A DNA stretch of 64,000 nucleotides from an uncultured Lachnospiraceae bacterium (GTDB lineage Bacteria; Bacillota; Clostridia; Eubacteriales; Eubacteriaceae). Under the pieces are notes generated by a model that was not told the DNA's origin, did no database searches, and saw only the letters and a list, made by a program, of their open reading frames with translations. Every line of letters begins with the position of its first letter. Position 1 is the first letter of the stretch. Location: contig CAZEBY010000007.1 in NCBI GenBank assembly GCA_964510565.1, positions 2,511-66,510 on the forward strand, given 5' to 3'. Positions 19,847 through 29,965 of the stretch are shown one piece after another. The translations under genes were made by a program, and so were the position numbers.

Positions 19847-20344
19847 CTAAATACTCTTTTCAAAGGCGGAGGGAATCTTCACGGGGCTGTCATTTTTGCC
19901 GTCTTCCCCATAGGTTATTTTATCCTGTTTTGCTTTAAATTGAGCCATTTTTTTGTTGACCTCATGTAATTTTGTCTGGAGCAGGGTCTGGCATTTATCT
20001 TTATAAAAGGTCAGTTCTCGGGAAACCTCTTTAAACTCAAATAACAAAGCCTCAAATCGGCTTTGTTCACTTTCGGGAAATTGCTTCATGACTTCGGACA
20101 GGCTATTGCCGCTGACACCCAGTTTTTCCATGTACCCGGCCACTTCCTGATCAAAGTTCTTTATCTGATAGAGAAAAATCTGCTGGTGATTGAGGTTATC
20201 ATTTAACTCTTCGATACTGTTGCTCTGAATCAGCATCAGTTCATCCTTAAGTTTAGGGATAGTCTCACGATGAAGCTTAATAACCCCGAAAAGATAGTTA
20301 TAAAAACGATCGAGTGTTTCTTGATATTCTGTTGTTTCAAGCAT
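19847..20344 (-). CDS. flgN: Flagellar export chaperone FlgN
   Basis: Helical ~165 aa between flgM and flgK, C-terminal TYGEDG; AGGAGG RBS before ATG 20344. Confidence 0.7.
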   Translation of the reverse strand: MLETTEYQETLDRFYNYLFGVIKLHRETIPKLKDELMLIQSNSIEELNDNLNHQQIFLYQIKNFDQEVAGYMEKLGVSGNSLSEVMKQFPESEQSRFEALLFEFKEVSRELTFYKDKCQTLLQTKLHEVNKKMAQFKAKQDKITYGEDGKNDSPVKIPSAFEKSI

Positions 20345-20392
20345 ATTAAACCTCCTCGCATGAGGTTCCCGACTGACTGACAAGTCGGGAAC

Positions 20393-20698
20393 TTATTTTA
20401 GAATAGCACTCACCAGATCGCCGGTGGGGACGTGATAGGTACCGTTTTGAACGGCTGCTTTAAGCTCACTTAAGCGGTCGGAATCTTTGACGGTGACGTC
20501 ATAAAGAATCGCTGATTTGGCGGTGGCAACCCGGCTATCGTCAAAGGATGCACTGCGGCTGGTGGAAATAGCGGCGCTGTCGGTTTTGGCAACTGGACTT
20601 TTCTTGTTTTCAGCATTCACCCGACGGGTTGATTCGGTGGCGGTATCCTGGCCGATCTTGGCTTGAACAGCGGGATTATTGCCTAATGATATTTTCAT
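20393..20698 (-). CDS. flgM: Anti-sigma28 factor FlgM
   Basis: DRLSELKAAVQNGTYHV C-terminal motif; sigma28 promoter upstream. Confidence 0.85.
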   Translation of the reverse strand: MKISLGNNPAVQAKIGQDTATESTRRVNAENKKSPVAKTDSAAISTSRSASFDDSRVATAKSAILYDVTVKDSDRLSELKAAVQNGTYHVPTGDLVSAILK

Positions 20699-20776
20699 AA
20701 CTAAACCTCCTTATAAGGATTTCTATTTTTATGATAATTTTTAAGAATAATTAAGATCTTTTGTCTCTTGATATAC

Positions 20777-20803
20777 ATATCGTCATTATAAAAGAAAACT
20801 TTA
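20777..20803 (-). promoter_or_regulatory. sigma28 promoter of flgM operon
   Basis: TAAA-N15-GACGATAT. Confidence 0.8.
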
Positions 20804-20841
20804 GCAAAAGAAAGAAAAATAATGATGGCGAGAGGAAAATA

Positions 20842-20879
20842 AAATCCAGACAGCCGGCTTAAGTGTTGGTGTCTGGATT
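20842..20879 (-). terminator. Terminator downstream of cheB
   Basis: aatccagaca...tgtctggatt then ttatttt on minus strand. Confidence 0.6.
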
Positions 20880-20896
20880 AGGGGAGATGTGGGGGC

Positions 20897-20988
20897 GGGC
20901 GAGCAATGCTCGCCCCTACGGGATGAGGTATTACGTTAGTGTTTTATTGTATTGGTGTCGGGTTCGTAGGGGCGGGTAGTACCCGCCC
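20897..20988. repeat. Pair of GTAG-type REP hairpins in opposite orientation
   Basis: GTAG-GGGCGAGCA-T-TGCTCGCCC (minus, 20897-20919) and GTAG-GGGCGGGTA-G-TACCCGCCC (plus, 20966-20988). Confidence 0.75.
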
Positions 20989-20999
20989 GGAGCGCGACC

Positions 21000-22034
21000 T
21001 TATTTCGACAAAAATCGGATGATTTCGTCGGCGATGCGGTCAAGCGGCAATTGTTTATCGACGGCGCCGATGTTGTAGGCGACCATTGGCATGCCGTAGA
21101 CCACCGAGGATTTTTCATCCTGACCGATGGTGTAGGCGCCGGTTTTTTTCATTTTTAACAGGCCATTGGCGCCGTCTCGTCCCATGCCGGTGAGGATCAC
21201 ACCAACGGACTGTTTGCCGGCCACCGCGGCCACTGAGTCAAACAGCACGTCTACCGAAGGACAATGACCGCTGACCTTTTCTTCCTGGGTACATTTGACA
21301 ATAAAGCCGGGTCCGCGTTTAACCAGGCGCATCTGGAAATTACCGGGGGCGATCAAAACCCGACCGGGTCTTAAGGCGTCGCCGTCTTCGGCTTCCTTGA
21401 CTTCCAGCTCGCAGGTGTTGTTGAGACGTTCGGCATAAAGCTTGGTAAACACCGGCGGCATATGCTGAACGATGATAATCGGCGGCATATCCCGGGGCAG
21501 GCTGGAGATCACGGTATGGATCGCATCGGTTCCGCCGGTGGAGGCGCCAATGGCGATGATCTTGCTGCTCGTATCAATCCCCTGACTGGTAACCGGATGG
21601 CTGGGGGTGTAATCACTTTTACGGTTACCAACCTTGGCAGTCGAGGCGATCTTAATTTTGATGATCAGCTCGTTGACAAAAGAAGCCATCCCACCGGGCC
21701 GGGTGACATTGGGTTTGGTGACAAATTCAACCGCACCGGCATCGAGGGCATCGAGAACATTCTTGCCAACCGAGCTGACGACAATGACCGGCAAGGGATA
21801 TTGGGGCATCAACTTTTTTAAAAATTCGATGCCATTCATCTTGGGCATTTCGACATCAAGGGTTAAAACGTCGGGTTTGAGTTTGATGATCAGGTCTCTG
21901 GCCATGTAGGGGTCAGTTGCTGTGCCAACCACTTCGATGTCCGGATCTTTCGATATTTCCCTCGATAGAGACTCACGAAAGACCAGGGAATCGTCTACGA
22001 TCAGCACCTTAATTCTTTGCTTAAGTCTCATCAC
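21000..22034 (-). CDS. cheB: Chemotaxis methylesterase CheB
   Basis: Receiver (VDDS, LDVEMP) + GASTGG, VQHMP, PSVDVLF, LTGMGRDGA. Confidence 0.96.
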   Translation of the reverse strand: MMRLKQRIKVLIVDDSLVFRESLSREISKDPDIEVVGTATDPYMARDLIIKLKPDVLTLDVEMPKMNGIEFLKKLMPQYPLPVIVVSSVGKNVLDALDAGAVEFVTKPNVTRPGGMASFVNELIIKIKIASTAKVGNRKSDYTPSHPVTSQGIDTSSKIIAIGASTGGTDAIHTVISSLPRDMPPIIIVQHMPPVFTKLYAERLNNTCELEVKEAEDGDALRPGRVLIAPGNFQMRLVKRGPGFIVKCTQEEKVSGHCPSVDVLFDSVAAVAGKQSVGVILTGMGRDGANGLLKMKKTGAYTIGQDEKSSVVYGMPMVAYNIGAVDKQLPLDRIADEIIRFLSK

Positions 22035-22045
22035 GGCTCCTCCAT

Positions 22046-22549
22046 TTATTTTTCTTCAAGCAATTCTTCAATCACTTCAATTTGTTCATTCTTCAGTAAG
22101 CGTTCGCAGTCCAATAATAACTGAACCTTGCCGCCAGCTTTACCAATCCCTTTCATAAAGCGGTTTTCGAAGCCGGTTTTGTTGGATGGCGGTGGCGCTA
22201 TTTCCTCATCGTCAATGGTCAGCACTTCTTCGACATTATCGACAATCAGTCCCACCGACACCGCTTCGATATCAATGACGACAATACAGGTACGGTCATT
22301 ATAATCGACCGGTTCCTTGCCAAACTGCAGCCGGACATCAAGCACCGGAATAATTTTGCCACGCAGATTGATAATCCCCTTGATATAGGTTGGGACTTCC
22401 GGGACTTTGGTAATGGACTGCATGCCGATAATTTCTGTTACATATTTTATTTCAATGCCAAATACTTCATCTTCTAAGGAAAAGGTTAGAAATCTACCGT
22501 GCTGGGTATCTTCTTCCAGATTGTAATTATCTACAACATTCTCTGCCAT
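22046..22549 (-). CDS. cheW: Chemotaxis adaptor CheW
   Basis: ITKVPEVP, GIINLRGKIIPV, GLIVD; AGGAG RBS before ATG 22549. Confidence 0.93.
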   Translation of the reverse strand: MAENVVDNYNLEEDTQHGRFLTFSLEDEVFGIEIKYVTEIIGMQSITKVPEVPTYIKGIINLRGKIIPVLDVRLQFGKEPVDYNDRTCIVVIDIEAVSVGLIVDNVEEVLTIDDEEIAPPPSNKTGFENRFMKGIGKAGGKVQLLLDCERLLKNEQIEVIEELLEEK

Positions 22550-22709
22550 AATAAATCTCCTCTTAAAATATTTTTTAAAGTTTTCGTTGTAACCATTATA
22601 CTTGAAACGCCTAAAAAGGTACACCCTAATTTATCCATCTCGGTGACAAAATTCCTGTTATTTTTTTTACCCTGATTTAGTCGATTTAAACCATCATAAT
22701 ATTTTATAC

Positions 22710-22738
22710 AAAAAAGCTGGGCATTTCTGCTCAGCGTT
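22710..22738 (-). terminator. Terminator between cheD and cheW
   Basis: gctgagcagaaatgcccagc-ttttt on minus strand. Confidence 0.65.
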
Positions 22739-22781
22739 CGGCATTATTATTTGGGATTGTGTTTTTGACGATCTTCTTTTC

Positions 22782-23270
22782 TTAGAATTCCTCAATGCGC
22801 CGATTCAGGGACTGAATCTTCATGATCCCGGTGTTCAGATCGAAGTACTGGGTTCGACCAAAATTGAGCCCGGTATCCTCGGCCAGAATCGGGATCCGCA
22901 ATTGGCTTAATACCTGCTTGACACAGAAAATATTGCGCTCGCCGATCGCCCCCAGCTTGCTGCCAGGCTGTACCTCGAACATTTGCGCCCCACCGGCAAT
23001 TTTGGCGACTATCCGGTTATTTCCGACTCCGGCCCGTTTCATTTCATCAACCAGATCAACGATCGCCGTATCGGCAAACTTTTTTCGGTTAAAATCTTTG
23101 CTGGAAAAACTTGTGCTGTCCGGCAGCATTATATGTGACAGGCCTCCGACCTTGCTCACCTTGTCATATAAGCATACTCCGACACAAGAACCCAAAGCAT
23201 AGGTGACCAATACTTCCGGACCCTTGGCTAATTTATAATCCGATATTCCAATTACAATCGATTGACTCAT
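22782..23270 (-). CDS. cheD: Chemoreceptor deamidase CheD
   Basis: TYALGSCVGV, HIMLP, AKIAGGAQMF, IGERN, EDTG. Confidence 0.95.
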   Translation of the reverse strand: MSQSIVIGISDYKLAKGPEVLVTYALGSCVGVCLYDKVSKVGGLSHIMLPDSTSFSSKDFNRKKFADTAIVDLVDEMKRAGVGNNRIVAKIAGGAQMFEVQPGSKLGAIGERNIFCVKQVLSQLRIPILAEDTGLNFGRTQYFDLNTGIMKIQSLNRRIEEF

Positions 23271-23884
23271 ATTTCCAGCCCTAGTTTTTGCATAATGGTT
23301 TTTAAGGTATTAATTTCGGCGAACATGATCATATTGCTTTTTAAGTCATTCGTTTCGCCTTCAAAATTTTCTTCAATAAACATTAATTTGTCACCAATTG
23401 CACCAAATTCAATAATCGGCACACTCATCAGCGCCCCCACCATATCGATGGCCACATAGGGAACTGAAACTTCAATGCCCAGTCCGGTTAAGGCCGAGAT
23501 CGCATTGACATAGGATGAGGCCAGAATATTACCGATCTCCTTGATGCCGGAAATCTTCATTTCACTAAGACCCTCTTCACCGTCATCCTCGCCGATTAAA
23601 ATATCCATAATGCTTTTGGCATCCTCAACATTGAGCAGAAACATGATCATCCCATGGGCATCGCCACTGAAATTGACCAGCACGGCCACGGTCATGGTTT
23701 CGGCGCCACCAAGATTGGCAACGGCCTCGTCAAAACCGGTAATCCGCACCGAGGGTACACTCATATCGACTTTTTCATCGAGGATGGTGGCCAGGGCAGT
23801 GGCCGCATTACCGGCCCCGATGTTTCCGATTTCCCGGAGCATATCAATTTGCATTTCATTTAGTTCATCATAGTTCTCGAACAA
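23267..23884 (-). CDS. cheC: CheY-P phosphatase CheC
   Basis: EIGNIGAGNAATAL and KEIGNILAS motifs. Confidence 0.93.
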   Translation of the reverse strand: MFENYDELNEMQIDMLREIGNIGAGNAATALATILDEKVDMSVPSVRITGFDEAVANLGGAETMTVAVLVNFSGDAHGMIMFLLNVEDAKSIMDILIGEDDGEEGLSEMKISGIKEIGNILASSYVNAISALTGLGIEVSVPYVAIDMVGALMSVPIIEFGAIGDKLMFIEENFEGETNDLKSNMIMFAEINTLKTIMQKLGLEI

Positions 23885-23919
23885 ATTCTTACCTCTTTCT
23901 CCTAATCTCTTTGCTTATT

Positions 23920-25359
23920 TTACAGCATTCCGTTGACTATATCGTCATCATGCCAATATATTTTACAATGCTCCAAGCAATCATATTCAAACGAAAATGG
24001 CATCTCGCCAAAATAGATTCGGGTACCCCGATAAAGCTTACGTTTCGCTGATACCGATCCATAATAGCTGATGCTGACCTTCTTCTGTACATAAGCAATG
24101 GCTTTTTCAATCTCATCGAGCTCTTTTTTGAGCAACAGCACCTGTTGATCAATCTGTTTTTTGAGCTTTCCGATCTGTTCCATCGCCGGGCTGTTATGAG
24201 TACGACTGAGCAGATCCTTTTTTTCCTGTGCCAGTAACAGATCATTGATCTGGGCGACTTTTTCATTGATCTCGGTCAGTTGCTGCCAAGTTACGGCTTC
24301 TTTGCTTCGAAGTCGGTCAATTTCCGCCTGATCAATGATTTTATCCCCCAGGATCCGAATAATCGTGGGATGTTCGCGGTCGTTGCCAATCGTACGGGCC
24401 ACCAGCTCACCCTTTAACTGAATTTCGCCGCCAACAATCAGTTCCTTGTTGCCGGCCAGATAAATATTGCCATTACAGGTGATTTTGCCATCGATGATGT
24501 AGTCGACCGTAATGTCACCCGCGACCTGTAAGCTCGCATTTTCAATATAATTGCAGCGGAGGTCTTTGCCAACAATCACATGCCCGGTATCGCCACCATA
24601 AATGCCTTTGGCAATGACGACATCGCCGGCCGCTTCAATTCTGGCATCCTCGACAACCCCCTTAATGATCAGGTTACCGCCGGCTTTGACGGAAAACCCG
24701 CTGCTGACATCACCGTCGATGGTCACATCGCCGGGAAAATTGATGTTGCCGGTCGAAAAATCAATGTTTTTATGAATGTGCATCATCTCATCGATGTTGA
24801 TAAGATTAATAAATTTGACCATACCATCGCAATCGGCCAACAGTTTTGATTCATCCTCTGACAGACTGGTGTTCTTGCCGGCTGGCACAACGGCCTTTTT
24901 TCCTTTAAAAGCAGGAATCGGCTGCCCGTAAATGTCCGTTCCGTCGATCCCCGCTGTTTCTTTGGTGATCTCGCATAAAACCTGCCCCTTTTTGACCATC
25001 TGAAAGTAATCGAGATTTTTATAGTCGATCGTTTCATCTTCTTTGTATTCCGGCTTATAGTCAGCATCCTTTTTGACCAGCAAGGTAACCACCCCATCCT
25101 GTCCGTCGATCGGTTCGGTGGCTTCGGCCACTTTGATGCGGATATTGAAAATCGGCCGCTGAGCCAGCTTTTCGACGGCAGAATCGATGATTCCATACTT
25201 AATCTGTTCGGCTGCCAATGCCCCAAGCAGCTCTTCTCTGGTAAAAACGGTGCTGCCTTGTTCCTGTTTTTCCAGTTTGATGAAGCCCTGTTTTTTATCA
25301 TCACTGACACTGACTTCGATCAATGCGGCATGCTCTGTTTTTGCATTCTCCTCACTCAT
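23920..25359 (-). CDS. FapA/DUF342 family protein
   Basis: IDYKNL, GTDIYG, DFSTGNINFPGDV, IVGG. Confidence 0.85.
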   Translation of the reverse strand: MSEENAKTEHAALIEVSVSDDKKQGFIKLEKQEQGSTVFTREELLGALAAEQIKYGIIDSAVEKLAQRPIFNIRIKVAEATEPIDGQDGVVTLLVKKDADYKPEYKEDETIDYKNLDYFQMVKKGQVLCEITKETAGIDGTDIYGQPIPAFKGKKAVVPAGKNTSLSEDESKLLADCDGMVKFINLINIDEMMHIHKNIDFSTGNINFPGDVTIDGDVSSGFSVKAGGNLIIKGVVEDARIEAAGDVVIAKGIYGGDTGHVIVGKDLRCNYIENASLQVAGDITVDYIIDGKITCNGNIYLAGNKELIVGGEIQLKGELVARTIGNDREHPTIIRILGDKIIDQAEIDRLRSKEAVTWQQLTEINEKVAQINDLLLAQEKKDLLSRTHNSPAMEQIGKLKKQIDQQVLLLKKELDEIEKAIAYVQKKVSISYYGSVSAKRKLYRGTRIYFGEMPFSFEYDCLEHCKIYWHDDDIVNGML

Positions 25360-25413
25360 AATCCATCCCCTTTTCCATAAACGTTTTCTGGTACAAGTCT
25401 TCTCTAAGTACGA

Positions 25414-26115
25414 CTATCTCAACTGATTAACCGTTTTTTCCATTTCATCAGTGGATTGCAATATTCTGGAATTAAACGAAAAAGCGCTGTTCGCTTTGAG
25501 CACCTTGACCATTTCCGTGGCCGAATCAGTGGCTGAAGATTCAATATAGCCGGTGCGAATCATGCTGATATTGTCCACCTGAGCTGGCCCCGAGACCGCC
25601 GTTTCAGCAAACTGGTTGCTGCCTAATAACTGCAGACCATAGCGATTGGCAAATGAAAAGACCCCGACTAATTCACTGTCAAAACCATCGGTGACATTCA
25701 GCGGGTTACCATCCTTACCAAGGATATAGTCGCCGGCGATATTAACCAGAAACTGCTGATCGCCTTCGACACTGATCTGAAACACACCATCTCTGGTGTA
25801 AGTAGTGGTATTGGTCTCTTTATCCAGGATGCCAAAGAAGCCATCGCCAACAATGGCACAATCCAATTCGCGTCTGGTCGGTTCCAGTTCACCCTGGGTG
25901 AAATCGATACCAACTTTTTGCACCTTGGCGCCGTGCCCGGTACTGATCTGGGTTCCCGCGCCGCCATCGATATTTTCATATAACAATGATGCAAAAGCCG
26001 TCACCTGCGGTTTAAACCCCAGGGTATTGATATTGGCCACATTGTTACCGATGATGTTCAGGGTATTTTGCTGGGCCATCATCCCGAGTTTTGCTGCGTA
26101 AAATCCTCTAATCAT
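25414..26115 (-). CDS. flgG: Flagellar rod protein FlgG/FlhP type
   Basis: NNVANINTLGFK, YTRDGVF, C-terminal DEMEKTVNQLR. Confidence 0.8.
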   Translation of the reverse strand: MIRGFYAAKLGMMAQQNTLNIIGNNVANINTLGFKPQVTAFASLLYENIDGGAGTQISTGHGAKVQKVGIDFTQGELEPTRRELDCAIVGDGFFGILDKETNTTTYTRDGVFQISVEGDQQFLVNIAGDYILGKDGNPLNVTDGFDSELVGVFSFANRYGLQLLGSNQFAETAVSGPAQVDNISMIRTGYIESSATDSATEMVKVLKANSAFSFNSRILQSTDEMEKTVNQLR

Positions 26116-26203
26116 CTTTGTTTCCTCCTTTATCCCTTTCTCAGGCGTCAGCCTATCTGGTTGATCTCGCAATATACGGCTGATTCACCTGGTTTATCCA
26201 GTA

Positions 26204-26965
26204 TTATCCGACTCGTCCGATGGTGTTAGATGCGATTTCGCTGATCTTATCAAATATTTTAAGCATCTGAGTACATGAGGTAAAATTATTTTGCCGGGCG
26301 ATCATATCACTCATTTCTTTGGTCATGTCGACATTTGACTCTTCGATGCTGCCCTGCAGAACAAAATACGCACCATTCTGGACGGCTTGAAAACCATTGG
26401 CTGCCTGGTAAAAGCCTTCACCCACCGGAATCAGATCTTCCCGATTGACGACCGTGGAAATATTTAGCGTGGCTACCTCGGCACCATTTTGAACGATGGC
26501 GCCTGACGGTTCCACCTTAAAGTCACTGCCGGCCAGCTGGATCGGTTGGCCAGCCGGGTTTAACACCTGACCAACCCCGGGTAGAATCAAAAATCCCTGG
26601 GCATCCAGTTCAAACTGGCCGTTACGGGTCAGCACCTGACCAAAATTAGCATTCTGAATCACGAAGAAGCCCTGGCCCTGAATGGCCATATCGAGACTGC
26701 GGTTGGTTTTTTCAAACCCACCCTGGGTAAAATCGATAAACTGTTCGTCATTGACCGTTATATAAGCCCCCGGTCCAATATCGGCCTGGGCTATTTTAGG
26801 GTCGGTACTCATTCTTGAGACCATATATTCGGCGAAGGTTGACTGCACTGTCGATTGACTTTTGTAACCAGCCGTGGTGACATTGGCGACATTCTGAGCC
26901 AATACGTTGATGGCTTTTTGTCCTGTCAGCATGCCGGCAGCAGCAGCATATGATCCGCGATCCAT
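26204..26965 (-). CDS. flgF: Flagellar rod protein FlgF/FlhO type
   Basis: NVANVTTAGYK, DMAIQGQGFF, TRNGQF, EESNVD. Confidence 0.75.
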   Translation of the reverse strand: MDRGSYAAAAGMLTGQKAINVLAQNVANVTTAGYKSQSTVQSTFAEYMVSRMSTDPKIAQADIGPGAYITVNDEQFIDFTQGGFEKTNRSLDMAIQGQGFFVIQNANFGQVLTRNGQFELDAQGFLILPGVGQVLNPAGQPIQLAGSDFKVEPSGAIVQNGAEVATLNISTVVNREDLIPVGEGFYQAANGFQAVQNGAYFVLQGSIEESNVDMTKEMSDMIARQNNFTSCTQMLKIFDKISEIASNTIGRVG

Positions 26966-27008
26966 GATAATCCCTCCTGTTTAATCATTCTTTTAATCAA
27001 TCATTCAC

Positions 27009-27869
27009 TTAATAATTCTTTAAGCGATTTCTCATTTTTATCATCGCCTGAGAGTGTATCTGGGACACCCGTGACTCGGTCACTCCCAGCACCTCGGCAA
27101 TTTCTTTCAGTTTCAGATTTTCGTAGTAGTAAAGCGAGACCACCAACCGCTCTTTTTCTTTTAACTGGTCGATCGCTTCGCCCAGTTTTATTTTCAATTC
27201 TTCAAAAAGAATCGTGGATTCCGGCGAGTCGTCGGCCCGTTCTTCGGTGATCAGCGGAGAGACTTCCATCATTTTTTCATTAATGGCCTCTTCATAGGAC
27301 AAAACAATCGAATTATGCCGCTGCTGCAGAATCTTCTGCAGATTGGCCTCGGAGATTCCCATCTTGGCCGCAATTTCGGCCTCGCTCGGCTCCCGTTCCA
27401 ATGCGGCATAGAGCTCACCATAGGTTTCTTCCAGCACCCGGGATAGGCTGCGCTGGCTCCGCGGCACCCAGTCCTGTTTACGCATAAAATCGATGACCGC
27501 CCCACGAATCTTCAGGGTGGCAAAGGTTTCAAACTTATTACCCAGTTCCGGGTCAAATTTTTCTACCGCATCGATCAGAACGATCATCCCCTGATTAACC
27601 ATATCATCGAGCTGTCCAAAATTGTTATAGCTCCCCTTAAATCTTAACACAATTTTCTTAACCAGACCAGTATATTGCAGGACAATTTCGTTACGGAGCT
27701 CGGTAGTGGGCTGTTCCCGATACAATTGCCAGAGTGCCATCGTCTTTTCATCGGTACTCTTTTCTGCCGCTGCCTTTTCCCCAGGGTACTCGACCTGATT
27801 TTCAGGTGATGGGCTAATGACAATGTCTTCCATTGTGTTTTCTTCGCTATTTATTTCTGCACTATTCAT
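27009..27869 (-). CDS. fliA: Flagellar sigma factor sigma28 (FliA/SigD)
   Basis: KFETFA..IRGAVID, DWVPRS, LKEIAEVLGVTESRVSQIH. Confidence 0.95.
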   Translation of the reverse strand: MNSAEINSEENTMEDIVISPSPENQVEYPGEKAAAEKSTDEKTMALWQLYREQPTTELRNEIVLQYTGLVKKIVLRFKGSYNNFGQLDDMVNQGMIVLIDAVEKFDPELGNKFETFATLKIRGAVIDFMRKQDWVPRSQRSLSRVLEETYGELYAALEREPSEAEIAAKMGISEANLQKILQQRHNSIVLSYEEAINEKMMEVSPLITEERADDSPESTILFEELKIKLGEAIDQLKEKERLVVSLYYYENLKLKEIAEVLGVTESRVSQIHSQAMIKMRNRLKNY

Positions 27870-27904
27870 TCTGACACTCCTTATTCTTTAAGGCCTGGCG
27901 TGGA

Positions 27905-29965
27905 TCAGTTTTCCAGCTTAATCATGCCAATCACTTGAATCTGGATATTTGTATCTATTTCATTAAACGACAAGACGGTTAAATCAGCCATAAACTGTTC
28001 AATCAGGCGCTTGAAATAAATACGCACAATGGGGGAGGTAAGAATAATCGAGTGATCGATTATTTCTCTGAGCCTTTCGATTTGCTCGGTGACTTTTTCA
28101 ACAATCGTCTGGACGATTTGAGGATCAATGGCCAGATAGGTGCCATGTTCATTTTTCTTGGCTGAATTCAGGATGATATTCTCAATTTCCTGATCCAGCG
28201 CGATGACCTTGATGCTGTTACCATCCGTATATTTTCTGGTAATGGTCCGTTTTAATTTCTGTCTGACGTATTCCGTCAGCATATCGGTATCTTTGATGCT
28301 GATGCCGTGATCGCCGAGGGTTTCCAGAATACTTTCGAGATCCCGAATGGGAATCCCTTCATTTAAGAGGTTGATCAGGATTTTCTGGAAATCGGCAATG
28401 GAAATAATATTGGGGATAACATCGTCAACAATCGCCGGATTGGATTTGGAAACATTCTCAAGCAACGTGTTGATATCCTGACGACTTAACAGTTCGTGCA
28501 TATGCTTTTTAACGACCTCAGTCATATGGGTAACAATCACCGACAGGGCATCGATGACAGTATAACCGAAAACCTCAGCCAATTCTTTTTCATTTTCGGT
28601 GATCCATTTTCCTTTAATACCGTAGGCTGGTTCAATCGTTTCAATCCCGTCGATCGGTTCGCTGGTATTGGTCGGATCCAGAGCCAGATAATACCCGACC
28701 AGGACTTCGCCTTTAGCGACTTCTTCACCTTTAATTTTGATGATATACTGATTGGGATTAATCAGGCCATTATCTCGTAAGCGGACAGTCGGGATCACTA
28801 CCCCCATGTCCATCGCAAACTGTTTTCTGAAAATGACAATCCGGTCGATAAAATTCCCGGCGCTGCCTTCATCGACCATCGGCAGCAGCGAATAGCCAAA
28901 TTCCATTTCGATCGGTTCGACCCCGATAATGTTATAGACATTGTCAATATTCCGGTAAAAGTCAACCTCGCTGCTTTCTTCCTGGATCAGCTGGGTCATC
29001 TGTTCCACCTCATCGACCACCACCTTCGCAGTCGAGCGACGTATTAACAGCAAACCAAAGCCGCTAAGCATAATGGCCAAAGTCAAGATCTGGATCGCAG
29101 GGGCCCCGGGAATAAACGCCATAGCCGAAATCCCAATCCCGGCAATAACCAGCACCTGCGGTTGCGAGAGAAACTGATTCTTGACATCGACATTGAGGTT
29201 GTTTTCGGAGGCGGCCCGGGTCACAATCATGGCGGTGGCTACCGAAATCATCAGTCCTGGCACCTGAGAAACCAGACCATCCCCAACGGTGGCAATGGTG
29301 TAAACCGAAACCACTTCATCCAGGGCCATGCCGCCCTGGATCATCCCGATAATCATCCCACCAACGAGATTGATCACCGCAATGATCATCGAGGCCACTG
29401 CATCGCCTTTGACCAGCTTGGTGGCCCCATCCATGGAACCATAGAACTCGGCTTCAGTTTGAATTTTCTGTCGCCGTTCCCGCGCCTCAGTGTCGGTTAT
29501 CGCACCGGAACTCAGATCGGCGTCAATGGACATCTGCTTTCCAGGCATGGCATCGAGCGTAAAACGGGCGGATACTTCAGAAATTCGCTCGGCGCCCTTG
29601 GTAATAACAATAAACTGAACGATAACAATAATAATAAATACCACAAAGCCGACGATGGCATTGCCACCCAGGACAAAGTTCCCAAAGGTTTCGATGACTG
29701 CCCCGGCTTGTCCGCCGTTTGACAGGATCAGTCGGGTTGAGGAAATATTAAGCGCCAACCGCAACAGCGTGGTAATCAAGAGCAGCGATGGAAAGATGGA
29801 AAAATCCAGCGGTCCCTTGATGTACATGGTTGTGAGCAGTATAATCAGGGAGATGGCAATGTTTAAGATAAACATAAAATCCAGAATAAATGGCGGTAAG
29901 GGGATAATGATCAGGGCAATTGTCAGAACGACAAAGACGACGACAAGATTCTGAATGATTTTCAT
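27905..29965 (-). CDS. flhA: Flagellar export gate FlhA
   Basis: FPSLLLITTLLRL, ARFTLDAMPGKQMSIDADL, FYGSMDGA; start ATG 29965. Confidence 0.97.
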   Translation of the reverse strand: MKIIQNLVVVFVVLTIALIIIPLPPFILDFMFILNIAISLIILLTTMYIKGPLDFSIFPSLLLITTLLRLALNISSTRLILSNGGQAGAVIETFGNFVLGGNAIVGFVVFIIIVIVQFIVITKGAERISEVSARFTLDAMPGKQMSIDADLSSGAITDTEARERRQKIQTEAEFYGSMDGATKLVKGDAVASMIIAVINLVGGMIIGMIQGGMALDEVVSVYTIATVGDGLVSQVPGLMISVATAMIVTRAASENNLNVDVKNQFLSQPQVLVIAGIGISAMAFIPGAPAIQILTLAIMLSGFGLLLIRRSTAKVVVDEVEQMTQLIQEESSEVDFYRNIDNVYNIIGVEPIEMEFGYSLLPMVDEGSAGNFIDRIVIFRKQFAMDMGVVIPTVRLRDNGLINPNQYIIKIKGEEVAKGEVLVGYYLALDPTNTSEPIDGIETIEPAYGIKGKWITENEKELAEVFGYTVIDALSVIVTHMTEVVKKHMHELLSRQDINTLLENVSKSNPAIVDDVIPNIISIADFQKILINLLNEGIPIRDLESILETLGDHGISIKDTDMLTEYVRQKLKRTITRKYTDGNSIKVIALDQEIENIILNSAKKNEHGTYLAIDPQIVQTIVEKVTEQIERLREIIDHSIILTSPIVRIYFKRLIEQFMADLTVLSFNEIDTNIQIQVIGMIKLEN

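Noticed and set aside
22625-22700. sigma28 promoter for cheW-cheB
   Set aside because: Only a weak ACCGAGAT without a properly spaced TAAA
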